From an uncultured delta proteobacterium (lineage in GTDB: Bacteria; Desulfobacterota; Desulfobacteria; Desulfobacterales; Desulfosalsimonadaceae), in contig CAWGYD010000006.1 in the NCBI GenBank assembly GCA_963826785.1, positions 832,001-896,000 on the forward strand: a stretch of DNA of 64,000 nucleotides. Reading direction: 5' to 3'. The notes beneath the pieces are model-generated. The model was not told where the DNA came from. It saw only the letters and a list, made by a program, of their open reading frames with translations, and did no database searches. Both the position numbers and the translations under genes were made by a program. Positions 31,501-42,518 of the stretch are shown here, in pieces (position 1 is the first letter of the stretch; each line of letters begins with the position of its first letter).

Positions 31501-34177
31501 CGGCGCCTGATCGGCCGGACCGGCGGCGACGGGTGGATGAACCAGCGGGGGGGCATTTTCCTGCTCCGGGCCGACCAGATGGAAGAAGCAGAAGGGGTGC
31601 TGCTGGGCACCGCGGCCCGGGCGGTGCTGGACGGGGAAAACGGGGGGCTTTCCGCGCAGCTCTCCCGGATCCTGGGGCCGCCGCCCATGCTTCCGGATTT
31701 TGCCGCCTCCCTGTCGCCGGCAGAGACAGATGAGCACACGGGAAAGCTTTCGCGGCCCGATGACCTCATGTTCGACAACGGCCTGGGCGGGTTCAGCCCG
31801 GACGGGACGTGAATATATCATTTACCTGGAACCGGGCAGGGCCACGCCGGCGCCCTGGATCAACGTGATCGCCAATCCCGGCTTCGGGTTTATCGTGTCG
31901 GAATCCGGCAGCGGCAACACCTGGGCGGAAAACAGCGGGGAAAACCGGCTTACCCCGTGGCAGAATGATCCCGTGTCCGATCCGCCGGGAGAGGCGATCT
32001 ATCTCCGGGACGAGGAGACCGCCCAGGTATGGTCCCCCACGCCCCTGCCCGCCGGCGTATCGGCGCCGTTTCTGATCCGGCACCGTGCGGGCTGCACCGT
32101 ATTTGAGCACCACAGCCACAATCTCAGGCAGCGGGTGCGGATGTTTTGCCCCAAGGATGCGCCGGTCAAGATCATGGAGGTCCGCCTGGAAAATGCCGGG
32201 AGGCGTCCGCGTCGGATTACCGCCACCTGCTATGCCGAATGGGTTCTGGGCCCGGACCGGGACGGCATGCAGGCCTATGTGATTCCCGAATACGATGCCG
32301 AAAGCCAGGCAATGCTGGCGAAAAATCCCTACAACATCGAATTTGCGGACCGGGTGGCGTTTCTGACCGCCGATAAAGAGCTGCACGGCCTGACCGGCAG
32401 CCGCACCGAATTTCTGGGGCGCATGGGAGATTACCGGCATCCGGCGGCACTGTCGCGGATCGGGCTGGCCAGCGCCGTGAGGCCCGGGGATGATCCCTGT
32501 GCGGCAGTCCAGGTGCATATCGATCTTCCCCCGGGCGAGACCCGGGAAGTGGCTTTTCTGCTGGGCCAGGGGGCCAACCGGCAGGAATCCCTTCTGCTGA
32601 TCCAGAAGTACAAGGCGCCCGGGCGCATCAATGCGGCATTTGCAGAAATGGACGCCTTCTGGGAGGAAGCCCTGTCCGCCGTCACGGTCAAAACGCCCGA
32701 TCCGGCGATGGACCTGCTGGTAAACCGCTGGATGCTGTATCAGAATCTTTCCTGCCGGGTGTGGGGCCGCTCGGCCCTTTACCAGTCCAGCGGCGCATTC
32801 GGGTTCCGGGACCAGCTCCAGGACGTGATGGGGCTGGTGCATACCCGGCCGGACATTACCCGGGAGCACATCCTGCGCGCCGCCCGCCACCAGTTCGAAG
32901 AAGGCGACGTGCTGCACTGGTGGCATCCGCCGTCCGGCCGGGGCGTGCGCACCCGGATTTCCGACGACTTGCTGTGGTTCCCCTTTGTCATCGCCCAGTA
33001 TGTCAAAACCACCGGCGATGCATCGATCCTGGACGAAGAGGCCCCGTTCCTGACCGGCAAGCCGCTGGAACCCGATGAGGAAGAGCGATACGGCCACTAT
33101 GATCGCACACCGGAGACCCACACGATATACGAACACGGCCTCAGGGCCATTGCCAGGGGGAGCACCCGCGGTGTGCACGGCCTGCCGCTGATCGGGGCCG
33201 GCGACTGGAATGACGGCATGAACCGGGTGGGGATCAGGGGCCGGGGGGAAAGCGTCTGGCTGGGTTGGTTTTTACGGGCGGTGCTGGATGAATATGCCCG
33301 GATCTGCCGGCTCAAAGGCGACGTGAGCCGGGCGGAAGCCTTTATCGGGGAGAAGGAGAAACTGCTGGCGCAGCTTGAATCGAGCGCGTGGGACGGCCAG
33401 TGGTATTTGCGTGGATTTTACGACGACGGTGCGCCGCTGGGTGCATCTGCATCCGATGAGTGCCGGATCGATGCCATCGCCCAGTCCTGGTCGGTCATCT
33501 CCGGCCCGGCCGATCCGGAGCGGACGAAAACGGCCATGCAGTCGGTGGATGACCTGCTGGTGCAGCGGCAGAAACAGTTGATTCAGCTGTTCACCCCGCC
33601 CTTCGACCAGACCCCCCGGGATCCGGGCTACATCAAGGGCTATCCTCCGGGAATCCGGGAAAACGGGGGGCAGTACACCCATGCCGCCATATGGACCGTG
33701 TGGGCCTTTGCGCAGATGGGGCAGGGGGATCGCGCCTTTGAGCTGTTTTCCCTGCTAAATCCCGTCCATCATGGCGACACGCCCCAAAAAGTGGAGCAGT
33801 ACAAGGTGGAACCGTATGTGATTGCCGCCGATGTCTACAGCATCCCGCCCCATGCGGGACGGGGCGGCTGGACCTGGTATACCGGATCCGGCGGGTGGAT
33901 GTACCGCCTGGGTGCAGAGGCCATCCTGGGGGTGCAGCGCGAAGGGGACCTGCTGAAAATCAATCCCTGCATTCCCAAAAGCTGGCCGGGGTATGACCTG
34001 TCCTACCGTTTCGGCAAAACGATTTACCGGATCCGGGTGGACAACTCAGCGGGCGTGAACCGGGGGGTAAAAAAGGTCCTCCTTGATGAGCGGGAAATCC
34101 CCGGGGGGAAAATCCCGCTCGAGGATGACGGAAAGGCGCATAACGCGGTCATCTACATGGGCGTGCCCGAAGCATAG
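25581..34177 (+). CDS. cgs: Cyclic beta-1,2-glucan synthase (Cgs/NdvB/ChvB type: GT84, cyclisation domain, GH94 phosphorylase), two +1 frameshifts (~28224, ~31805)
   Basis: EWLLDNF, WMGWERKRGKL, TLDADT, SHDLFEG, RWVRGDWQ, HRTSPTN, YDLLASEAR, SWSGSMFEYLMP, PWGISES, YQSSGAFGFRDQLQD, GDWNDGMN, RENGGQYTH. About 2864 aa when joined. Confidence 0.92.
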
Positions 34178-34331
34178 GTCCATCTTTCAGGGCTGATCCC
34201 GCAAATTTTCACATTTCCCGAAAGCTCCGTCCGTATGATGCGAATGATGCGAAGATTTGCAGTTGCCTTGCAATCGATGATCTGTTACACGTGCGGGCAG
34301 CAGCGCATCAGATGAACAGGACAGGTGAAAC

Positions 34332-34649
34332 TTGCGAAAAAGGCCCCTCACGCCGGCATACGTTATCTTTTATATCCTGTTTCTGCCCGACACGTGGCGG
34401 ATTCTAACGGGGATCATCATTTCCGTTCTTGCAGTTCCATATATCGTAAAACCCGAAATGGGAACCGGCGCCCGCATCATGCTCTATGTCATGATGACCG
34501 GGATCGGTTATGCCGCCTCGGGCGTCCCCGGCCGCAAAATCGCTTCTCTGTTCAAACGGCTGATCCTGGGCAGCCAGATCCCTCCCCGGCGCCAGGCGCC
34601 TCAAAAGCGGGGCACCCGCAAGGGCGCAAACAAAACCGGGGAAAAATAA
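34332..34649 (+). CDS. Hypothetical small membrane protein
   Basis: 105-aa ORF with hydrophobic segments, filling the gap between flanking genes. Confidence 0.6.
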   Translation: MRKRPLTPAYVIFYILFLPDTWRILTGIIISVLAVPYIVKPEMGTGARIMLYVMMTGIGYAASGVPGRKIASLFKRLILGSQIPPRRQAPQKRGTRKGANKTGEK

Positions 34650-34653
34650 TCTT

Positions 34654-36615
34654 TCAGTCCCCACTGACCGGATACTGATTCAGACGTTCTTCGATCATCT
34701 GCCTCAGGCTGTTGACGGGCGCCGATCGCAGACGGTCGAGAACGCCTTCCCACCGGCATCGGATGCCGCCCCATTCACCGGAGCGATTTTCAAATAAATG
34801 GATAAGGCCCGCATCGGCATCATCGAGGAGTGCCTGCATGCGACGGATTTCCGATTCCAGTCCGCCTGAAAAGGCATCCACGGCGGCTTTGCAGGCGGTT
34901 TCCGCCATTTCCTGGCGCCTTGCCCTGTTGATATGAACCGCCATTTGATCGGCGCAATGGGCAGCCCAGCGGGTCAGCGGTGAGGTCCAGTCATTGAATG
35001 ATCCGGTGGTTTCGATCATCACCAGGTTGCAGGGGATGCCCCCGGGGTCCAGCTGGATCACCTCGTCGCCGTCATCGAAATAGAGCCTGCCGGTCCGCGG
35101 GTCGGTCCGGCCCAGGACCAGGCTGTCTGCGGCGGCCCGGCCCAGCAGATCGGCCAGCCGGATGATGAAATTATCGCCTTCGTAGAGAAACGGTGATATC
35201 CGGCAGGTCACCACCCCGGGCACATAGTCGCGCTCGAAATAATACACCGGGATAATATCTGAATCGCATGCGTCTTCGATGCAGATTTCTTCATAATGCA
35301 CAATGGGCAGTCTCAGCGCCCGGGCCGCGGTATGGCGGTCAATGATGTAGTCCCGGTATTTTCGCGTTTCGGATACCGCCTGGGCCAGGGGGATGCCTTT
35401 TTTCAGACGGTGCCGGACATCCCATTTGCTCATCCGGATATGGCGGATCTCTTTTGCGCCGCCGGCCCGCTCCAGGGCGACGATGTAAACCTCCCGCTCC
35501 TCGCCGGTCCGATCTCTTTCGGTCAGCGGCGATTCGATCCGGCCCACGTTTATGGATATGCAGTCGTTGCGCGTAGAGGTAAAATGCAGGATCAGGCGCC
35601 TGACCCGGGGATCGGATGCGGGATCGAAAACCGCCTCACCGGCAATGATCCGGGCGCCGGAAAGCCATCTGATATTGAGGTAGAACTCGGGGCCGAGGCC
35701 CAACGACCATTCCGAAGTGGTCTGCTCATCGATATTGAAGAGGCGGCTCATCATGGCCAGCCGCCAGGCATCGCAATGGGTATCGTCGCTGGTCAGCCCC
35801 GGGCCGGCGATTTGGGAAAATCGGGTCAGAAGCTGGTCAAACAACGCTTCTGCGCCGGCATCCGCGGCAGGGTCGGCCTTTTCCAGCAGTTGCAGAACAT
35901 CTTCTAAAATTTGTATTTCCATTGCCTGATCCGACGCCACCAGAAAGGTTATCTCCGGATAGCCCTGGGCGTTGATGAGCCGGCTGAATTCCAGGATTTC
36001 CCTGATCCGGAGGGCGGCCTGATCGGGGGCGGTGCGCAGCAGCGGTTTAATTTTGGAGAATTCGGCGAGGGTGAGGATGTGCTCGCCCGTGTGTTTATTG
36101 TGGTAATAAAGGGTGTCGGTGCCGATGCGGACCCGGCAGTTTTGGATCAGCTGGTCGAAATCCGTTTGATGCACCGGGGCCGAAGAAAACCGCCAGATTT
36201 CGCCGCGGCGCGCCAGCGCCTCCCGGACCTGGGCCTGGTGCAGGCCGGTAAACCGGATACACTCCCTGGGGTAGATTTCCTGGAGCAGTTCATCGGCCAG
36301 AAAAACCCGTTCCATTCTGTACGGGTCGGTCCGGATGATGATGCAGGCGTTTCTGACATGGAGCGCCACTGCATCCCGGCAGATTGCGTCAATCCGATCG
36401 ATGCCGGTCTCTTCGGGTTGTTCGTTCTGCAGATATTCCAGGGCCCGGTGAATCTGCATGGCGTGTATGCCCTGGCCGGTGACGATCAGGCGGTGGCAGG
36501 GGAAAACCGTGGCAATGGCGTTTGCGGGCGCACCCTGCTCTGTGCGGCAGAGGAGATCGTCTCCGATAACGGTGATGGCTTTGTTCACGTGTTTTTGGAT
36601 GACCGATAAATCCAT
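34654..36615 (-). CDS. Hypothetical protein, 653 aa
   Basis: Long ORF with globular-protein composition and no recognised motif. Confidence 0.8.
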   Translation of the reverse strand: MDLSVIQKHVNKAITVIGDDLLCRTEQGAPANAIATVFPCHRLIVTGQGIHAMQIHRALEYLQNEQPEETGIDRIDAICRDAVALHVRNACIIIRTDPYRMERVFLADELLQEIYPRECIRFTGLHQAQVREALARRGEIWRFSSAPVHQTDFDQLIQNCRVRIGTDTLYYHNKHTGEHILTLAEFSKIKPLLRTAPDQAALRIREILEFSRLINAQGYPEITFLVASDQAMEIQILEDVLQLLEKADPAADAGAEALFDQLLTRFSQIAGPGLTSDDTHCDAWRLAMMSRLFNIDEQTTSEWSLGLGPEFYLNIRWLSGARIIAGEAVFDPASDPRVRRLILHFTSTRNDCISINVGRIESPLTERDRTGEEREVYIVALERAGGAKEIRHIRMSKWDVRHRLKKGIPLAQAVSETRKYRDYIIDRHTAARALRLPIVHYEEICIEDACDSDIIPVYYFERDYVPGVVTCRISPFLYEGDNFIIRLADLLGRAAADSLVLGRTDPRTGRLYFDDGDEVIQLDPGGIPCNLVMIETTGSFNDWTSPLTRWAAHCADQMAVHINRARRQEMAETACKAAVDAFSGGLESEIRRMQALLDDADAGLIHLFENRSGEWGGIRCRWEGVLDRLRSAPVNSLRQMIEERLNQYPVSGD

Positions 36616-36753
36616 GCCCGATACGCCCTTGTGGAATAATCATCACGCCCTTGTTGGGGCCCGCCCACTGAAATCCTGTTTAGAAAGATAGTGCACAGGA
36701 GCTGAAAATCAAAGGAAATTTCATCCGGAAGGGCAGCCCATGGGCTTGATTGT

Positions 36754-37797
36754 TCAGGCGATTTTAGAAATCCGGCGGTTGCGGCGTTTGTCCTCCTTGA
36801 CCCGGTAGAGGCGCTCGTCCGCTTTTTTGACCAGCAGGTCCGGCTGTCCCGGGGCACTATCCGCCATGGATGCGACGCCATGACTGACGGCCAGATGGAA
36901 AAGCGCACCGGTGGTGAACAGGGGATGGCGGTCGAGATAATCCTGAACGCGTTTCATGAAGGCATCAGCCATCTCCGGGGGCGTTTCCGGCAGGATCACC
37001 ACGAATTCGTCTCCGGCAAATCGGGCCACGATATCTTCTTTCCGCGAAAGCCCGGTCAGCGCGTCCGCCACATATTTGAGGGCCATGTCCCCGGTTTCAT
37101 GGCCGAAGCCGTCGTTGATGTCCTTGAATGCATCCACATCCATGAACACCAGCGACAAGGGCTGACCGTGGCGGGCGCAGCGGCTGGTTTCCCGCTCCAG
37201 TTCGGCCTCAAAGGCCCGGCGGTTCAACAGGTTGGTAAGCGGATCATGGTACGCATAGAAGCGAAGCTTTTCATGGGCGGCGACATTGGACAGGCACAGG
37301 GAGATCTTGAGCATCAACTGCTCCAGATAGGAGGTATCCATGTCCGGCTCGTAGCGGGCAGGGTCGGTGTCCCCCTGGTTGAGGCTGCCCACCACCTCGC
37401 CGTCGATGGTGACCGGGGTGAGGGCCAGCGACCGGATGGATGATATGCGGCCGTCAGGAAAAAACGATCGGCAGTGCGCCATGTCGCTGTTGAACAGCAG
37501 GGGGCGGCCCTGCGCCCCGATGATCGCATCGAAATCGCTTTTTTTGATGAAGCAGGTGGTTTTGCCGATGATTTCGGAATCATTGAGCTGGCGGATCAGG
37601 TCGGCCAGGTGGCTTTCTTCGATCACTGTCAGCCAGACCCGGGGAACATCGAAAATACCGGCCATTTCAGTGATCAGGCATTCGAAAAAATCCCTGAAGT
37701 TCAGAGTGGCGATCATCCGCGATTCCAGCAGGTTGAACTTGCGGTGAATCTGTTCGTTTTCACGTAACCGTTCATAAATGACATCGATCTGTGACAT
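36754..37797 (-). CDS. DUF484/GAF-like sensor - diguanylate cyclase
   Basis: HDPLTNLLNRR, DVDAFKDINDGFGH, RKED I-site, ARFAGDEF; RBS GGAGG. Confidence 0.9.
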   Translation of the reverse strand: MSQIDVIYERLRENEQIHRKFNLLESRMIATLNFRDFFECLITEMAGIFDVPRVWLTVIEESHLADLIRQLNDSEIIGKTTCFIKKSDFDAIIGAQGRPLLFNSDMAHCRSFFPDGRISSIRSLALTPVTIDGEVVGSLNQGDTDPARYEPDMDTSYLEQLMLKISLCLSNVAAHEKLRFYAYHDPLTNLLNRRAFEAELERETSRCARHGQPLSLVFMDVDAFKDINDGFGHETGDMALKYVADALTGLSRKEDIVARFAGDEFVVILPETPPEMADAFMKRVQDYLDRHPLFTTGALFHLAVSHGVASMADSAPGQPDLLVKKADERLYRVKEDKRRNRRISKIA

Positions 37798-37974
37798 CGG
37801 ATCCTCCCGGGCTGCGTGCTCACCATCGCAGGGACGTAAAAAAAGCGCAGTTCATTCGGTGTTCTTCCGAATTTTATATCCTCACCGCCGCCACCGCAGC
37901 GCCTTGCGCTCGGGTATTCCTGCGGCCCTGAATACCGGATCTGCACTTTTTCCGGTCATGCGCCAAATAAGACT

Positions 37975-37990
37975 TGCAAATTATATACCA
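37975..37990 (-). promoter_or_regulatory. Putative sigma54 (-24/-12) promoter upstream of the DGC
   Basis: TGGTATATAATTTGCA = GG-N10-GC, with an AT-rich IHF-like tract just upstream. Confidence 0.65.
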
Positions 37991-38352
37991 AATAAGCCTT
38001 TGAAAATAAAGCAATTTTTATTGGTCCGAAGCGGCATGGATGAAATCATAGATGTGAAAAAAAATAAGCAAATTGGAACCGAATCCGGGCTGATTTTCAA
38101 GTTGTAAATCTGACCGGGTAGATCGGCGACAGGGAGGCCAGGAAGAAAAGGACAAGAACGGGCAGGGATCGGGTGTGATCTAAAGTAGACGGGCGTGCAG
38201 AAAAAGTCATGGGCGCGGCAGGCCGGCTTCCGATTTCATGCTTTTTCCTTGGGCGTTCAAGGCAAGCGCCGTCGGCCTGCGTATCGCCTTCTCACGTATT
38301 AACCGGCACCCTTTGCTGGCCGGATTTCATCATCAGCTGGAATACGCCGGTA

Positions 38353-38643
38353 TTATTTTGGAAAGTATTTGACGGCCCGGCGGAAATCGTCATTGAGGTC
38401 GGTCAGCAGTTGATCATAATGAACCCGCATTTTCTGCTGGTCTTTTTCGCCGGCCTGCTCCATGTGGGTGACCACCTGCTGGATATTCGTGTTGTTTTTA
38501 TCGATCCGATCCATCAATTCGGTGAAATCGGCCCGGTGCTCGTCATTGAGCTGACTCGATTTGGATCGTATTTCAGCAAGCTGGGACGAAATCTGGCCCA
38601 TCTGCATCTTGATATCTTTTAAGGAGACTTTATTGGATGTCAT
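38353..38643 (-). CDS. Small helical/coiled-coil hypothetical protein (paralogue of 39105-39389)
   Basis: 96 aa with a heptad pattern; C-terminus LLTDLNDDFRRAVKYF resembles LLADLNENYRDALSYY. Confidence 0.75.
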   Translation of the reverse strand: MTSNKVSLKDIKMQMGQISSQLAEIRSKSSQLNDEHRADFTELMDRIDKNNTNIQQVVTHMEQAGEKDQQKMRVHYDQLLTDLNDDFRRAVKYFPK

Positions 38644-38689
38644 CTTTTGGTTCCTTTCAATTTGTCATCTGATGCCAGTGAGGTCCTGT

Positions 38690-39088
38690 TCAGGTGATGT
38701 AAAAGAGAATGATGGCCGATAGAAGCGCCAGGACCAAAATCCAGAAAAAAATGCTGAAGGCTTTTTCCGCTTCGGTTTCCCGTATATTTTGCTCGATGGC
38801 TTCCTTCCGGGTCCGGGGTCGGCCCCGCGGCGCCAGCGCCATGACCAGAAGGGAGACCAGAATGGCCACCACGAAAAACGGCAGAAGGTAAATACCGAAA
38901 TATTGGGGTCCCAGCGGTTTGAGCCATATCCCGCCGGCCCAGGCAACCAGAAAGATCAGCACGAACAAAAAGACCATGTTGGTGCTGAAAAGCGTGTCCC
39001 CGGGCCGCCGCCGGCCCAGCGCCGCCGTAATCGACAGGCTCAGAACCAGGGCCAGCATCAAAGCGAACAGGATTTCAAATATCAACAT
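38690..39088 (-). CDS. Hypothetical membrane protein (about 4 TM)
   Basis: Four hydrophobic stretches, WAGGIW.KP.GP motif. Confidence 0.78.
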   Translation of the reverse strand: MLIFEILFALMLALVLSLSITAALGRRRPGDTLFSTNMVFLFVLIFLVAWAGGIWLKPLGPQYFGIYLLPFFVVAILVSLLVMALAPRGRPRTRKEAIEQNIRETEAEKAFSIFFWILVLALLSAIILFYIT

Positions 39089-39104
39089 GGTCGATGTTTA
39101 ATGT

Positions 39105-39389
39105 TTAATGATAGTATGACAATGCATCCCGGTAGTTCTCATTGAGATCGGCCAGCAGGTTTTCAATTTCCGACCTCAACCGGGAATGGTCGACTTCACC
39201 TCCTTTTTCGAATTTAACGATGATATTCTGAATTTCTTCATTTTTCGCATTGATCTGTTTCATGAGATCAAGAAACTCGGATTTGGTTTGCGGATCGAGT
39301 TTTTCGCCCCGGTTTTCCAGCTCGGAAATTTTTTCCTTCCATGCTTCGATTTGCCTTACCAGGTCCTCCTCGTATCTTCTATGGGGCAT
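39105..39389 (-). CDS. Small helical/coiled-coil hypothetical protein
   Basis: 94 aa, strong RBS AAGGAGG, charged helical composition. Confidence 0.8.
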   Translation of the reverse strand: MPHRRYEEDLVRQIEAWKEKISELENRGEKLDPQTKSEFLDLMKQINAKNEEIQNIIVKFEKGGEVDHSRLRSEIENLLADLNENYRDALSYYH

Positions 39390-39483
39390 AATAACCTCCT
39401 TTCATCATGCTAAAAACCAGCCGGGGTGCTTAAAATAGCCCCTTGGCCGCGGTATCCGGATGAGCTATCCTTTTGCTTCCGGA

Positions 39484-39882
39484 TCAGAATTCGATGAAGG
39501 GCTCTTCCTCGATGTAGGCATCGGAAGTCTCGTCTTCATTTTTGGATACATTGGTCTGAAGACCGAACGCGCGGATATTTTCGTCATCCGCAAAGGGGAG
39601 GGAATAGGTGGTGGAATCCGGAAATTCCCCTTCCGCCGACTGGAAGTAGGTCACCGTCACTTGCCGGGGAGGGGCGGTAATTTCGATGATATCCTCCAGA
39701 TAAACGATGGCGACGTTTTTAAAGGGCGATTCCCCATTGGCGTTTTTGATGTCGGTGATGTATTGCCTGAACTGATCCGTCGCCCGTTCAGGACCGTCTG
39801 ATTCGACGATACAGGTGAAGTATCCATGACGAAGCTTGTCTTCTTCAAATTCATCAAAGGAAAAATAACCAAGATATAACAT
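39484..39882 (-). CDS. Hypothetical acidic protein
   Basis: ORF with RBS AAGGAG before MLYLGYFSF. Confidence 0.75.
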   Translation of the reverse strand: MLYLGYFSFDEFEEDKLRHGYFTCIVESDGPERATDQFRQYITDIKNANGESPFKNVAIVYLEDIIEITAPPRQVTVTYFQSAEGEFPDSTTYSLPFADDENIRAFGLQTNVSKNEDETSDAYIEEEPFIEF

Positions 39883-40100
39883 TTCCGGCTCCTTCTGCGC
39901 ATATCTGATGGTGGTGGACAGGCCGGCCATTCCCGCCTCTGTAAAATAATTTAATCACGATGGATGAAAAATCCAAAAACTCGACGTTACGGTGGATTTT
40001 GAATGGCCCTGAAAAACAAATCCGCTCTGCAATGATCAGCGGATCAGAATCGGCCGTTTCGGCAGTGTGCAACAACCGGATGACGACATTGATTATTTCA

Positions 40101-40433
40101 TCATATCGCCTTTGCCACAGGTATCAGGGGGTAGTGCCTGCGGGCCGTGACCTGGCCGATGGCCTCCTTCAACTGCCGCAGAACCTGAATGCCCGCGTAG
40201 AAAAACACGAACAATGGCAGGTTCGGCCATTTTTGCTTCAATTGATGGAAAAGGTCCCAGGTTCGGTTCACATCCGGAAAATAATTGATAATCGCCATGT
40301 CGTAAACAGAATAATCTGAATTATCCGGATCGCTGTCTTTCTGGATTGCAACCGTGTATCCCGAATTCTTTAAGAAGTGACGCAGGTAATTTCTGCGTTC
40401 CCTGTTGTTGTCGATGATCAGTATATATGCCAT
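40101..40433 (-). CDS. Degenerate single-domain response-regulator receiver
   Basis: ILIIDNN...LKNSGYTV...YDMAIINY (Asn at the phospho-Asp position), WPNLP. Confidence 0.6.
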   Translation of the reverse strand: MAYILIIDNNRERRNYLRHFLKNSGYTVAIQKDSDPDNSDYSVYDMAIINYFPDVNRTWDLFHQLKQKWPNLPLFVFFYAGIQVLRQLKEAIGQVTARRHYPLIPVAKAI

Positions 40434-40441
40434 ATTCAACC

Positions 40442-40750
40442 TTATAAAAGGGTATCAACAGACGGCACCGCCGTATCGGGAAGGCAATGCCGCGCTTCGA
40501 CGCCCCTTGAAATCAAAATGTTTTTACCCCGATGATACTGAATTCTTCCGTCTTTTAAAAACAGGCGCCAGCCGTTTAGATGATACATGGAAACCCCGCG
40601 GGTGTGCACATGGATCCACCGGTAGGAATCGATGCGGGAATCAATGACCTCCCTGAGCGAAGCGGCTGCACCCACATCGAAGGGACCGCTGAGGTACAGG
40701 TGAAGGGTTTCGCCCTTTACTCTCGGCCAGATATAAAATTTCTGTTTCAT
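40442..40750 (-). CDS. STAS-like small protein
   Basis: LHLYLSGPFDVGAAASLREVI resembles the start of STAS / anti-anti-sigma domains. Confidence 0.5.
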   Translation of the reverse strand: MKQKFYIWPRVKGETLHLYLSGPFDVGAAASLREVIDSRIDSYRWIHVHTRGVSMYHLNGWRLFLKDGRIQYHRGKNILISRGVEARHCLPDTAVPSVDTLL

Positions 40751-41011
40751 GAAGGCATCCTGTGTGTTGTGGCAGACGGGAGTGTCTGCGCGATATATTT
40801 CGGAGTGCAGCATTGAAGCCGTTCTGACCAAATTTAAGGGCTATATTACCACCGTGCATCGGGGCCACAAATACGGGAAAACCCCTATTTTGAATGCGAT
40901 ATTCATGTAGTCGGAAAAGTACGCCTTTGAAAGTTTGGGGCATGGTGTCTATATTCGATATGCCGGGTGTTGAATACAAAGGCGAAAAGAAATTTCAGGA
41001 AAGGAGCAGGC

Positions 41012-42049
41012 ATGGCATACCGTCAATTACCCATCGCACCCCATTTTGATCCGGAAAAGGTTGGCGCCGTGTGGCGGGTGGCCTATCAGGAGCGCGCCGC
41101 AGAGGCTGAAAAATGGGCACGGCGGCATAACATGACGCCGGCCGCTGCGGATGATTTCAAAATTTCCCTGCTGCTGGTGGACGTGCAGAACACGTTCTGC
41201 CTGCCGGATTTTGAACTGTTCGTCGCCGGATCTTCCGGAAGCGCAGCCGTTGAGGATAATCAGCGGCTTTGTGCGTTCATTTACCGCCATCTGCACCTGC
41301 TGACGAAGATTTCGCCCACCATGGACACGCACCAGGCCGCCCAGGTATTTCACAGCGTCTTTCTGGTCAACGGAGAGGGGGCCCATCCGGAGCCGTTTAC
41401 GGTGATTACGGCAGAAGAGGTGGAATCGGGCGCATGGAAATTCAACGCGCAGCTGGGACAAACGCTTGGCATCGATCCGGCCTATGGCCAGCAGTACCTG
41501 CGCCATTATGTCCGGGCGCTCAAGCAGGGGAAAAAATATGATCTTACCATCTGGCCGTATCATGCCATGCTCGGGGGGATCGGCCATGCCCTGGTTTCCG
41601 CGGTGGAAGAGGCGGTCTTTTTTCATTCCATGGCCCGGCTCAGCCAGACGGATTTTCAGATCAAGGGGAAAAATCCCCTGACGGAAAACTATTCGGTGGT
41701 AAGCCCCGAGGTGGATACGGATCAGCAGGGAAAGTCGATTGCGGAAAAAAATGTGCACCTGGTGCGCAGGCTGCAGGAATTCGATGCGGTCATCATCGCC
41801 GGCCAGGCCAAAAGCCACTGTGTCGCCTGGACCATCGACGATCTGTTGGGTGAACTCAAACGCCAGGGGAAAATGGAACTTGCCGCAAAGATCTACCTGC
41901 TGGAGGACTGCACCTCACCGGTGGTCATTCCCGGGGTGGTGGATTACACGGATGCGGCGGATGCGGCGTTCCGGCGTTTCTCGGATGCGGGTATGCATCT
42001 GGTGAAATCCAGCAACCCCATGGATCAGTGGCCCGGCATGAAATTTTAG
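41012..42049 (+). CDS. Isochorismatase/nicotinamidase (cysteine hydrolase) family protein
   Basis: [39 protein letters not shown]. Confidence 0.85.
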   Translation: MAYRQLPIAPHFDPEKVGAVWRVAYQERAAEAEKWARRHNMTPAAADDFKISLLLVDVQNTFCLPDFELFVAGSSGSAAVEDNQRLCAFIYRHLHLLTKISPTMDTHQAAQVFHSVFLVNGEGAHPEPFTVITAEEVESGAWKFNAQLGQTLGIDPAYGQQYLRHYVRALKQGKKYDLTIWPYHAMLGGIGHALVSAVEEAVFFHSMARLSQTDFQIKGKNPLTENYSVVSPEVDTDQQGKSIAEKNVHLVRRLQEFDAVIIAGQAKSHCVAWTIDDLLGELKRQGKMELAAKIYLLEDCTSPVVIPGVVDYTDAADAAFRRFSDAGMHLVKSSNPMDQWPGMKF

Positions 42050-42516
42050 GACCCGGGTGGGCCCAAAGCCCGGTCCTTTTTGGAAAATTCCGCCCAGGAG
42101 AGGAAAAGGGCCATCAGGAAGAAGGAGATATCCCGGGCAATGGTCCAGTTGTTGATGGGATCTCCGGCATCCACGGAAAAACATCCGCAGTGGATGTTTA
42201 AGCCCCGCGCCAGGTTGAAAACCAGGGCGGTGATAAAGGAGGCCAGCATCAGGGTGCAGACGAGGACCGCACCCGGCATCCACAGGCCGGCGACCAGCAG
42301 CCCGCCCACGACCACCTCCGTCCAGGGAAGCACGATGGCCACCAGGTTGATCAGGACGTCCGGCAGAATCTGGTAGTTGTAAACGGCTTCGGCAAAGGCC
42401 GCCGGATTCAGGATCTTGGGGATACCCGCATAGACGAAAATGCCCCCCAATGCCAAGCGTACCATTAAAACCAGGTATTGAACCCATATGGATGATCTTT
42501 CAGACCGCACCGGCAT
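42046..42516 (-). CDS. MauE/DoxX family redox-associated membrane protein
   Basis: [34 protein letters not shown]. Confidence 0.88.
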   Translation of the reverse strand: MPVRSERSSIWVQYLVLMVRLALGGIFVYAGIPKILNPAAFAEAVYNYQILPDVLINLVAIVLPWTEVVVGGLLVAGLWMPGAVLVCTLMLASFITALVFNLARGLNIHCGCFSVDAGDPINNWTIARDISFFLMALFLSWAEFSKKDRALGPPGS

Positions 42517-42518
42517 AT

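Noticed and set aside
22755..31810. Programmed ribosomal frameshifting in the helicase or cgs genes
   Set aside because: There are no slippery heptamers at the shift sites, and isolated 1-bp insertions in unrelated genes are better explained by sequencing error.
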